A stretch of 64,000 nt of DNA from Eledone cirrhosa (lineage: Eukaryota). Under the pieces are notes generated by a model. The model was not told the origin of the DNA and searched no databases. It saw only the letters and a list, made by a program, of their open reading frames with translations. The stretch spans positions 2,108,001 through 2,172,000 of the forward strand of contig OZ024757.1 of assembly GCA_964016885.1 (NCBI GenBank), read 5' to 3'. Shown here one piece after another: positions 38,901-50,695 of the stretch. A program made the translations under genes and the position numbers. How positions within the stretch are numbered: the stretch's first letter is position 1; every line of letters starts with the position of its first letter.

Positions 38901-39200
38901 CTAAGACGTTTACCTACAACTAGTCTCGCAGAGGCACCTCTCCATCTCACCTCTTGCACGCAGCACACATCCACATGCCTTCTCTCCAGCATCTCCGCTA
39001 TTTCAGCAGATCTACCTCTGAGAGTGCCAACATTAAGTGTTGCAACTCTGAGATGCGACGTCTTCATATTTTGTTGTTGTTCCTATTTGTTGCTGTGCTG
39101 ATAAGCGTTTTGGCATTGATACACTGGTTGGATGCCCTTCCTAACACCAGCGCCACTTTACAGCATGGACTGGGTGCTTTTATTTGTGCCTCCAGCACTA
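35972..39200 (-). mobile_element. Near full-length RTE LINE (family A): APE endonuclease + RT, disrupted
   Basis: APE 38423-39067 (TLNV, VQEVRW, SAYAPQ, GDFNGHVG); RT pieces 37190-38128 and 36251-37153 (catalytic YADD reads YAAD); (GAT)n tail. Confidence 0.93.
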
Positions 39201-39522
39201 GAGAGGATGTCTTACTAGACTCAAGGGCCCTCTCTACCCCTCCATTTTACAGCATGGTCATTAAAAAAAAACAAAAAACTTTTATTGACACGACGCACAC
39301 ACACACTCACACACCAACACTCATGTATACAAACCACAACCACACACACGCCACTCACACACCAACACTCATTCATGCATACAAACACACACACCACTCA
39401 CAAACACACACATATATATATATATATTACCGGCAGTACTGATACAAATACAAAATCAAAATCAAAATCAATATCATGTCAACTGTTGACCTTTCCCAGT
39501 CCAGTTCAGCTTGTATATAATA

Positions 39523-39713
39523 ATTGTTTCTACTTTAGGCACAAGGCCAGCAATTACCCAGTGTATTACTGGTACTTTATTTTATCTACCCCGTAAGGAT
39601 GAAAGGCAAAGTCAACCTCGGCGGGATTTGAACTCAGATCGTAAAGGGACGTAACTCTATGCTGGAAAGCACGGCGTCCGACCCTCTACCGATACTGCCA
39701 ATCCACCGCCCAG
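39523..39713 (-). mobile_element. SINE family 2, full length
   Basis: Reverse complement of 27617-27801; GCTTGTATATAATAAT on both sides is a likely target-site duplication. Confidence 0.85.
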
Positions 39714-39749
39714 CTTGTATATAATAATAATAATTGTTTGCTTTACGCT

Positions 39750-40220
39750 GGTAATGGCGGTGGTGGTGGTGAATGGTGGTGGATGGTGTCAGTGTGGTGG
39801 TGGTGGATGGTCAGTGATGGTGGTGGCAGTTGTTGCTGCTGTAGTTGTTATTGTAGTTGCTGCTGCTGTTGTTGCTGTTGCTGCTGCTGCCGCTGTTGTT
39901 GTTCTTCATTTCACTGATGCTGCAGACAATGGTGTTGATGCTGTTATTGCAGTCGCATATATATAAATACATACACACACATTCAACACAGACAATGGTG
40001 TTGTTGCTGTTGTTGTTGGTGTTGCTGTTGTTGTTGTTGTTCTTCTTCTTCTTCTTCTTCTTCTTCATTTCACTGCTGCTGTTGCTGCAGACAATGGTGT
40101 TGATGCTGTTATTGCAGTCGCATATATACAAATACATACACACACATTCAACACAGACAATGGTGTTGTTGCCGTTGTTGTTGGTGTTGCTGCTGTTGTT
40201 GTTGTAGTTGTTGCTGTGTT
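39750..40220. repeat. (GTT/GCT/GGT)n trinucleotide region with a ~165-bp duplication
   Basis: 39903-40030 is repeated at ~40062-40200. Confidence 0.8.
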
Positions 40221-40888
40221 GAAACCTTGTCGCATCCACTGAGATATACATATACACACACATACACATATGTATATACACATACATACATCAAAAGAGA
40301 GTCAGCAGTATGTCAACAGGGGACAGGACAGCGACCTTAGAGTAATGTGGTGATGGTGGGGAGCGAGTGTAGACGTTATTGTTATTGTGGTGGCGGGGGT
40401 CAGTGAGATGTACAAGTTCATAGTTCACTTGTCTCCTTTCCTCTCTCTTCAAAATTTTGAATTTATGGCCCCTTGCAATGGCGGACAAGTATATATAATA
40501 TATAAGAAGCAAAGAAAATTTCAACGATACAAAAGATTTCCTGGTGGAAGTTCAGCTGTACTCAGGGTTGGTATCCAGTTTCGGGGTGAAAATCCAATTA
40601 GAAAATCCAACGAATTTTGAGAGGTCCACGTAAGCATTGATATATATATGTATGTAAAATATAAGCAGAAATAACAACACATATACTAATTAACATGTTT
40701 TTACATTAAACACAGAGGGACAGTAAATGATAATAACAATATTTAGATATAAATGTACATATCTCTATTGGTCTCATAATTTTTCTCTTTCCCCTTGTGT
40801 GTAGCAACACATGGTTGTGTGTTGCTGCTGACTCTAGCAGAGCCCAAGAAAACACGTCTTGCCCCAGCAGCCGCTGCTCCCTATATAT

Positions 40889-40950
<62 letters not shown>

Positions 40951-40968
40951 ATATAAATATATATACAT

Positions 40969-40999
<31 letters not shown>

Positions 41000-41029
41000 A
41001 ATATATATACATATATATAAATATATATA

Positions 41030-41265
41030 TTTTATTTCACATTGCTCCAGTTTACTCAGCTGTAGAAATGAGATGATAGGGACGGGGTCCATATCATTCC
41101 ACTGCAAACTGGTCGTGCAGGTGCCACAGCAAAAAAGCACCCAGCACTCACTGTAAATGAGGTTGGTGTTAGGAAGGGCATCAAGCTGTAGAAACCAAGC
41201 CAGAATCAGTTCCCGTCCCACCCTTGCAAGCAGGGAAAAAGTGGACGTGAAATGAAATGATGATG
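41030..41265 (+). mobile_element. CORE-type SINE family 1, 5'-truncated
   Basis: Matches 53788-54027. Confidence 0.85.
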
Positions 41266-41317
41266 ATATATATAAATATATATATATAAATATAAATATA
41301 TATATATATAAATATAA

Positions 41318-41348
<31 letters not shown>

Positions 41349-41447
41349 AATATATATATATATAGAAATATATATATATAGAAATATATATAGAAATATA
41401 TATATATATAAATATATCTATAAATATATCTATAAATATATATATAT

Positions 41448-42230
41448 ACACTTACACCTCTCCAAGACAATGTCACTGGACCGAGACCTTTGGCAGTACT
41501 CAGTAATAGAGAAGACCCGCCTTACCTAAATACAAAGTAAAACCTACTACAGCCAGTAGGCATCTCTAACAAAATACACCCCCCCATCCACACCACCCCT
41601 TCAATGTAAAGCTATGTTGATCCAGGCCGAAACAAATGAGATCGTGTAGGTGTCACGACAAAAAACACACAGTCCACGCTGTAATGTGGCCGTGTAGGCA
41701 ACACGGTAAAAACCTCCCAGCCCCACACTGTAAATGTGGTTGGTGTTAGGAAGGGCATCCAGCTGTAGAAAACCTGCCGGACAGTCCACGCTGTAATGTG
41801 GCCGTGTAGGCAACACGGTAAAAACCTCCCAGCCCCACACTGTAAATGTGGTTGGTGTTAGGAAGGGCATCCAGCTGTAGAAAACCCGCCAGACAGTCCA
41901 CGCTGTAATGTGGCCGTGTAGGCAACACGGTAAAAACCTCCCAGCCCCACACTGTAAATGTGGTTGGTGTTAGGAAGGGCATCCAACTGTAGAAAACCTG
42001 CCAGACAGTCCACGCTGTAATGTGGCCGTGTAGGCAACACGGTAAAAACCTCCCAGCCCCACACTGTAAATGTGGTTGGTGTTAGGAAGGGCATCCAACT
42101 GTAGAAAACCTGCCAGACAGTCCTATGCGAGCAAGACAATCACTCTTGCCTCAAGTGGGAAAATCCCCGTCCAAACCCATGCAAGCGTGGAACACGGACG
42201 TTAAACGTTGATGATGATGATGATGATGAT
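41448..42230 (+). mobile_element. RTE 3' end (family B) with four tandem 112-bp UTR units
   Basis: Unit ACAGTCCACGCTGTAATG...GGGCATCCAGCTGTAGAAAACC repeated at 41669-42120. Confidence 0.9.
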
Positions 42231-42235
42231 ATCTA

Positions 42236-42821
42236 TATAGAAAGGATAAAAAGGACGATTGATTATTCCTTCATTGCATTTATTGATAGGTGACGCGCGT
42301 TTCGCCACTGATCAGCTCAAGGTTCGATCTATATCGATCCTACCCGACTCAATAATCGGCAGCTCGACGGACCCTCTTAAAATGCTATAAGAAAATGAAA
42401 TACATGCTATGTGGTAAAGTCAGAGTTTCAAGAGTTTGACAAAATGAGATGTTTTGATTGGTGGGAAGGATCAAGGCGATGTACTGGCCTGTAGTGTATA
42501 TGGGGGTGGGTGTGATGGTGAGATGTTGGTGACGGTCTGTGGATGAGGTGGGCTGTGGTGTGGTGGTGGTGGGTTGGCCTTGGCGTGTAGAGTATGTGGG
42601 GGTGGATGTGATGATATGGTGGTGGTTAAGGTTATTAAGTGGAATGGGCTGTGGTATTTCATTTTCTTATAGCATTTTAAGAGGGTCCGTCGAGCTGCCG
42701 ATTATTGAGTCGGGTAGGATCAATATAGATCGAACCTTGAGCTGATCAGTGGCGAAACGCGCGTCACCTATCAATCAATGCAATGAAGGAATAATCAATC
42801 GTCCTTTTTATCCTTTCTATA
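42236..42821. repeat. ~165-bp inverted repeat pair carrying a degenerate HHR
   Basis: 42236-42403 vs 42654-42821; GGGT-CCGTCGA-GCTGC...GTGGC-GAAA-CGCGCG-TC-ACCT at 42683-42769. Confidence 0.75.
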
Positions 42822-42992
42822 TTTTACACTCTGTATAGCTCTACACATCATCACAGAAGTGAACCTAAACATCGAGTGCTCACCCGGGTGAACATGCAGT
42901 AACTCCTAGTTACACCCACTGGATATATATATCTATAAATATATATATAAATATATATATATAAATATATATATAAATATATATATAAATAT

Positions 42993-43073
<81 letters not shown>

Positions 43074-43084
43074 TATATATAAAT

Positions 43085-43156
<72 letters not shown>

Positions 43157-43160
43157 AAAT

Positions 43161-43249
<89 letters not shown>

Positions 43250-43977
43250 AATATATATATATATATGCTGTTTCTAGTTGTCGATAACCCTATTCACGCC
43301 ACTGGGACGAAGCTACTATGATGTGTGTATTTCTAGTAAATACAACACGTGCTGGCCAGTCGCTGATTTGAACTTGAAGTGTAAACATGGATCGCTAGAA
43401 CTTCTTCCTTGTTGAAAATCCAAGTCCCCACTTCCGTGGTTTACCATCCGATTAATTGGTGAAATATATTTCTTTAATGGAATATATACAAGGAAGATTA
43501 ATCATATTATAAGGTATCTATTTTTGAAGTTCTGGTCAACTTTATTTAGTTACCTACCTAGTTATGTGTGGTTACACACTTGTAAAAATTATCTCCTGTG
43601 ATTACTCATGTTTATTTATATGTTAATCAATTTCTAGTTATTATAAAATGCTCGGACCTACTCGTTAGAATCTTAGAGCTTATTTTCCGGGTGATATGGC
43701 GCATATCTTTCTGGCATGACACCCATAATTTTGATTTAGATTAAATTCATTTAATTTATCTTAATTTTGGATATAGATATATAAATATATATATATATAT
43801 ATAAATATATATATATACATAAATAAATATATATATATAAATATATATAAATAAATATATATATATAAATATATATATATAAATATATGGAAAGTTATAT
43901 TTAAATTGTTGGGTTAACAACGAGTAAATATTTATAACTGATATAAAAGCACTCAACAAGTATTTGGAGTATATTTA

Positions 43978-45203
43978 TGATATTAAATAAATGGAAACTA
44001 TATTTATAAAACCATATTTATTTCGTTATATATATTTCAGGGATATCATATTAACAATATGTTATGCCATCTTCAGACAAAATACAATATAAACAGTCTT
44101 ATAAATAAATAGATACGACATACCTTTCAATCACCTTGCATTTGTGAGGTTGATTTGGCAGTAAAAAAAGTCGGTTGGCTTTGAAGGGCTGATCTCTGTG
44201 TTTTATTTGTATTATTTTTTAATATTTTTTAAGATTTTGTAATATTTTTTATTTTTAATATTAAATGTTTTAGTTTTCTGTTTATTTATTTATTTTCTTG
44301 TCTCTGATATTTTTATTTTTATTTTTATTGATATATTGAAATCTGTTCTCTATTTCTGCTTGATCGACAATCATGTGGAGTGGGGGCAGGAATGGTGTTA
44401 AAATTAAAATTAGTGTGGACTCTATTTATATGTGTATATATACACACATATATGTATACTTGAATTTTTGTGGCACAGTGAGAGTGTTTTCGTGTGAATT
44501 GGGAGTTTGTTTATAATTATCATATAAACATATGAATTTTTAAAAGCTAGACATGGGATCATTACTTTTCGCACATTATGGGTGCGTGTCTCATTCGTGA
44601 ATGCTGGTGCTTGCACTATGGTGCCTGTTTTGTACGAACTAATATTTTCTACGGATAAAGCATAGCGGTTTTAAATTCTGCATCGTTTATGTCTGGTTAT
44701 GTTTCATTTTCTCTTTTTTCTCTCTATATAACGGCTATTTTCTCTCTTAACTACATACATCTCTCTTTACATTAATACTAGAGCTAAATAAATAAATAAA
44801 TAAATAAATAAATGTATCAACCGATACTCAACTTCCTAATTTCTCTATCTATCTCTATCTATCTCTTTCTTTTTTTTTCCCTCTCTCTATATATATTTCT
44901 CTCTTTATCTATCTTTCTATATCCCTTTATTTAGTCACATACATTTCTTCTTTTTCTTCGTTTCTCTTTCTTTCTCTCTTTATCTCTTTCTTTTTACAAC
45001 TGTCCACAATTTTTTTACTGCCAAATCAACCTCACAAATGCAAGGTGATTGAAAGGTATGTCGTATCTATTTATTTATAAGACTGTTTATATTGTATTTT
45101 GTCTGAAGATGGCATAACATATTGTTAATATGATATCCCTGAAATATATATAACGAAATAAATATGGTTTTATAAATATAGTTTCCATTTATTTAATATC
45201 ATA
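43978..45203. repeat. ~190-bp inverted repeat pair, each arm with an HHR (44019-44084 minus, 45095-45160 plus)
   Basis: TATTTTGT-CTGAAGA-...-GAAA-TATATA-TA-ACGAAATA; arms 43978-44168 and 45013-45203. Confidence 0.75.
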
Positions 45204-45444
45204 TATATAAATATATATATATAAATATATATATAAATATATATGCAAAAGTTCTATTTAAATTGTTGGGATACAACAAGCAAATATTTTTATAACTGAT
45301 ATAAAGCACTCGACAAGTATTGGGAGTAGATATACGATATTAACTATCGATTAACTACGATATTAACTATCCTGATGTCTTCCAAAAGTAACGGTCGCAT
45401 TTTGAAAGGGTACGTCAATGTTTATTTATAAAACTGGTATATAT

Positions 45445-45510
45445 TTTTATTTGTCTGATGAAGGAATACCATAATTTAACTTGGTATCCTTGAAATATGT
45501 ATAATGAAAT
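45445..45510 (+). ncRNA. Hammerhead-like motif (same family as 8252-8316)
   Basis: CTGATGA-AGGAATACCA...TGGTATCCTT-GAAA-TATG-TA. Confidence 0.5.
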
Positions 45511-45577
45511 AAATATAGTTTTATAAATATAGTTTCCATTTGTTAATATCGTATATAAATATATATATATAAATATA

Positions 45578-46243
45578 AACGAACTAAGGGAAAAATTAGA
45601 AATAAGAGGTATCAGATGTTGTTTACTCGAGAGAAGACTACGTTGGTATGGTCACGTGATGCGCATGAAAGACGACAGCTGTATAAAAAAGTGCAGGGCA
45701 ATAAAAATAGACGGTAGCCACGGAGTAGGCAGACCCAGAAAAACCTGGGACGACTTGATAAATTCCGACCTCACACACTTACACCTCTCTAAGACAATGT
45801 CTCTGGACCGAGATCTTTGGCGCTACACAGTAATACAGAAGACCCGCCTTACCTAAGTACAAAGTGAAACCTACTACAGTCAGTAGGCACCTCTAAGAAA
45901 ATACACCCCCGTCCCACTACCCCCACCCCATCCACACCACCCTTTTCAATGTGAAGTTATGTTGGTACCACAACATCCAGCCCGAAACAAATGAGGTCGT
46001 GTAGGTGTCAAGACAAAAAAACACACAGTCCACGCTGTAATGTGGCCGTGTAGGTAACACGGTAAAAACCTCCCAGTTCCACACTGTAAATGTGGTTGGT
46101 GTTAGGAAGGGCATCCAGCCATAGAAAACCCGCCAGACAGTCCTATGCGAGCAAGACAACCACTCTTGCCTCAAGTGGGAAAACTCCCGTCCAAACCCAT
46201 GCAAGCGTGGAATATGGACGTTAAACGATGATGATGATGATGA
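45578..46243 (+). mobile_element. RTE 3' fragment (family B)
   Basis: WYGHVMRM..GRPRKTW; (GAT)n tail. Confidence 0.9.
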
Positions 46244-46266
46244 TATATATATAAATATATATATAT

Positions 46267-48540
46267 CATCATCATCATCATCATCATGAACGTTTAACGT
46301 CCGTGTTCCACGCTTGCATGGGTTTGGACGGGGGTTTTCCCACTTGAGGCAAGAGTGATTGTCTTGCTCGCATAGGACTGTCTGGCGGGTTTTCTACAGC
46401 TGGATGCCCTTCCTAACACCAACCACATTTACAGAGTGGGGCTGGGAGGTTTTTACCGTGTTGCCTACACGGCCACATTACAGCGTGGACTGTGTGTTTT
46501 TTTGTCGTGACACCTACACGATCTCATTTGTTTCGGCCTGGATGTTGTGGCACCAACATAACTTTACATTGAAATGGGCGGTGTGGATGGGGTGGAGGTG
46601 GTGGGACGGGGGTGTATTTTGTTAGAGATGCCTACTGACTGTAGTAGGTTTTACTTTGTATTTAGGTAAAGCGGGTCTTCTCTATTACTGAGTACCGCCA
46701 AAGGTCTCGGTCCAGTGACATTGTCTTGGAGAGGTGTAAGTGTGTGAGGTCGGAATTTATCAGCTCGTCCCAGGTTTTTCTGGGTCTGCCTACTCCGTGG
46801 CTACCGTCTATCTTTATTGCCCTGCACTTTGTTATACAGCTATCGTCTTTCATACGCATCACGTGACCATACCAACGTAGCCCTCTTATTTTTAATTTTT
46901 TCCTTAGTTCGTTTATGCTTTGCCGTTCACGTATATTACTATTACACATCCAGCGGAGAATGCAAGCTTCGTTCCTCTCTAGTCTGCGTATATCCTCTGC
47001 ACACAATGCCCAGGTCTCACTGCCATGCAACATTGCTGTTCGTATGCAGGCATCATACAACCTGCCTTTCATTTTTAGGGAGAACCCTTTAGCGGCTAAT
47101 AGTGGTATAAGCTCTCTGAACCTTTTCCATCCAGTTCTGACTCTAGCTACTGTACTTTCAGAGCACCCTCCCCCACTGCTGATTTTGTCACCCAGGTAAC
47201 GGAAGCTGTCCACTATTTCTATAGAACCCTCTGCGCAGTTGAAAGAGCTAGTATTTTGTGGGCACTTGCTGCTACTTATTGCACCAGAGCACCGGCCACA
47301 TGTAAAATCTATGTTCTTAGTTAGCTTACCTGTGATCCCACTACATCTTTTATGCACCCATACTTTGCATTTGGGACACAAAATGGAGTTTCTACCTACG
47401 CCTTTCCTACACACTGAGCATGGCCACTTTCCGGAAGGGACCGCCGCCTTATTTTCTTTCTTACAAACTAGAACTTTAGTCTTAACCAGGTTAATTTTAA
47501 GGCCTTTTGATTCTAGGCTGTGCTTCCATGTTTGGAATTTCTTCTCTAGCTCGGCCATTGATTCAGCTATGAGTGTTAGGTCATCTGCGTATAGGAGTTC
47601 CCATGGGCAGCCGGTCTTGAACTCCTCTGTTATAGCCTGAAGGGCAATAATAAATGGTAGGGGGCTGAGAACAGAGTCCTGATAGACGCCAACTTTTACG
47701 CTAAACTCTTCACTATATTCGTTGTTAATTCTAACTTTGCTGACTGTTTCTTTATACATGGCTTATATAGCTCTCACAAGCCATTCGTCAACACCTAGTT
47801 TTCTAAGAGACCACCAGATAATGGAACGGGGGACTCTGTCGAAGGCTTTCTCCAAGTCGACAAAAGCTAAGTATAGGGGTTTACTTTTAGCTAGGTACTT
47901 CTCCTGTAGTTGTCGTACAATGAAAAGAGCGTCTGTGGTACTTTTGCCTGACACAAACCCGAACTGCATTTCATCTAGATCAATTCTCTCTGATTAGTTG
48001 CGCTATTACTTTTTCCGTGACCTTCATGACCTGGTCGATTAATTTAATGCCTCTATAGTTACTCCTATCTAGGGCATCTCCTTTACCCTTATAACAGTTA
48101 ACGATGATGCTGCTACGCCAGTCCTTCGGAACAACCCCATTCTGTACGACTTGGTTAACTATCCGGGTGACCATGGTGTGTCCCACCGTACCAGATGCCT
48201 TCAGCATCTCAGCAACTATTTCCGAAGGCCCAGCCGCCTTACCCGTCTTCATATCTTTGATTGCCTTACTTATTATACTACCCTCGACTAACACTGCTGG
48301 TCCCTCTATTGGGTCGATGTGGAGGAGACTGTCTTTCTCCCATTTATTCTCCTCATTTAGTAGCCTTTCGTAGTGACACTTCCAAGCTACCCTCTTATCA
48401 GCGTCAGTGATGGCAAGTACGCCGTCATCATTAAGTACACACTTCTCCCCGACAATATCACGGTTTTCCTTGACACATTGCCTAGCAATCCTGAAGACCT
48501 CACGTTTTTGGTCCTCGCGTTGTAGAACATGCTTGAACTA
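46267..48540 (-). mobile_element. RTE LINE (family B), 5'-truncated
   Basis: ORFs 47980-48294, 47763-47969 and 46662-47759 (DLEKAFD, LLYADD). Confidence 0.92.
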
Positions 48541-48547
48541 TATAAAT

Positions 48548-48580
<33 letters not shown>

Positions 48581-48586
48581 AATATA

Positions 48587-48654
<68 letters not shown>

Positions 48655-49068
48655 AATATAAGTATGTATATGTACATACATATATGTATACAGACGTACA
48701 GTAGTATGTATATATATTCATACATGCACACATATATACATGTACGTATGGATTCACCGAACATTTATTATAATGCTCGGTGTGTTTGTAAACAAACATC
48801 CCATATTAAACCGTACAGTGTCTGGCAACCATCGTTGCTCATTTGTTCAACACTGACAAGGAACACTGTACTATTTTCAAGCTTATTAGCTATCGTCAGC
48901 AACGTATACCTTCCTGCCAGATGATTGAACGTCTGAAAGTATACACTTTCCTTATGCATATTAACGGCCGAGCAGCCTAATTTGGATATCGAGTGAGTTA
49001 ATCGGCCGGGGTACCGAAAACGATAAACGGAAAAAATGAAACGAAATTTCATTTCTCACTCTTAGTAC
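48655..49068 (-). mobile_element. Retrozyme-like element, copy 2 (HHR 48863-48905)
   Basis: Colinear with 31527-31948; ACGTTG-CTGACGA-TAGCT..AGCTT-GAAA-ATAG-TA-CAGTGT. Confidence 0.7.
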
Positions 49069-50255
49069 TATAGGTTATATAGCTCTTTTATGTTAAAAGA
49101 GCTATATAACCTATATGCTGAGTGCAATGAATTATGTACAGGTGATGTATGAGTTATACATACATGTATGACTTGATGGCCAGATAAGTGTCATTGTAAG
49201 TGAGAATTGATCTCTGGTCTACCCTAGTGATATTTAACTTTGCCATGCAATCAGACATGCACTGACCCAGAGCTTACCAGAAGTTATATATAGAAGTGAT
49301 TCTAATAAAACCCTGCCAGGTTCTGGGGGTAGACTACACTTACAAAGATCATTGATTTGGAGATCTGACTCTTCATGTAGAATATTCAGTTGTGACACTC
49401 TATGATAGAAGGTAATCATCCTAATATGAACACCTTTAGTACTTCTTGATAGACTAGACTGTAATTTAAAGATAGGATACTTAAATTTAGAAACTGTTTA
49501 TAACCTTATATGATAGGGACTCATTTGAGACACCATTTAATGTACATTAGGATAATAAATTTAGTTATAGAAATCAGCTAGTTACCTCCCCTTACGCATT
49601 AACTCCCCTTAATCACACACACACTTCCGGAAAATAATACGATGTCAATTCTCGCAACAAAAACAACCTGCTCTATAGAATCGAATTAGAGAACAACAAG
49701 CTGTGGTGTTCTAACATGGTTCATCAGGCATCCAATGTTGAATCATCATGGATTATGTGAGGGACATGTAGTCTATAAATTGCATTTCCTAGATTGTGAG
49801 AGTGGTGGTGTGTGCGAGGACCGTGGCGTTGTTTTGCTTCTCATTTTTAATATTTTTGGTGTTTCTCTACACACAGGCTTCTATATCATACATATATATA
49901 TAAAAAATGCTTTACCAGTACAGCCCCCATGATGCTCTTGATTGCCCGCTTAGACTGCTTGTATTACATGTAACACCCTGCCGCACTGTAATCTTGTATA
50001 AATAGGACACGCATGCATGCCCCACGTGTGACTGTTGCATACATTGGCTACTTCAAACTATCCTCTTGCTTTATCTTCGTAAACTGCCAATGTTGTATTT
50101 TAACTTTAATTTTGTCCTTTAATATGACTTTAATCTTTGTATGTAAATTGCCATGCTATATTATTATAATGGATGTCAACCCACTGTGCATCAATATATA
50201 CATATGTTTCTGTATGTCTCTTGTGTTGAAAAGTATGTAAAAAATCATTGAAAAA

Positions 50256-50304
50256 TTGCTCCGAAGACTCCAAACTTCGGTTTGGAAGAAACAGTTGTAA
50301 GCAA
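50256..50304 (+). ncRNA. Type I hammerhead ribozyme (U4C core variant)
   Basis: TTGCT-CCGAAGA-CTCCAAAC-TTCG-GTTTGGAA-GAAA-CAGTTG-TA-AGCAA. Confidence 0.7.
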
Positions 50305-50489
50305 ATAAATGGTTTAAACAGAACTTTGATTCATGTAATTTCTATATAACTGCTCATGTTGTTACATTGAGCTATTTATCTTACTGGTAATAAGGTAGTA
50401 ATAAATTACTATCTTTCACTATTTAGGGTTTAAAATATATATAACTATAAATGGTTTAGTATATACATAACCATAAATAGTATCCTTAA

Positions 50490-50531
<42 letters not shown>

Positions 50532-50624
50532 TCCTTAATACTATATATATATATATATATATATATAAATATATAAATATATAAAAATATATATAAATAT
50601 ATAAAAATATATATAAATATATAA

Positions 50625-50657
<33 letters not shown>

Positions 50658-50695
50658 AAAATATATATAAATATATATATAAATATATATATATA

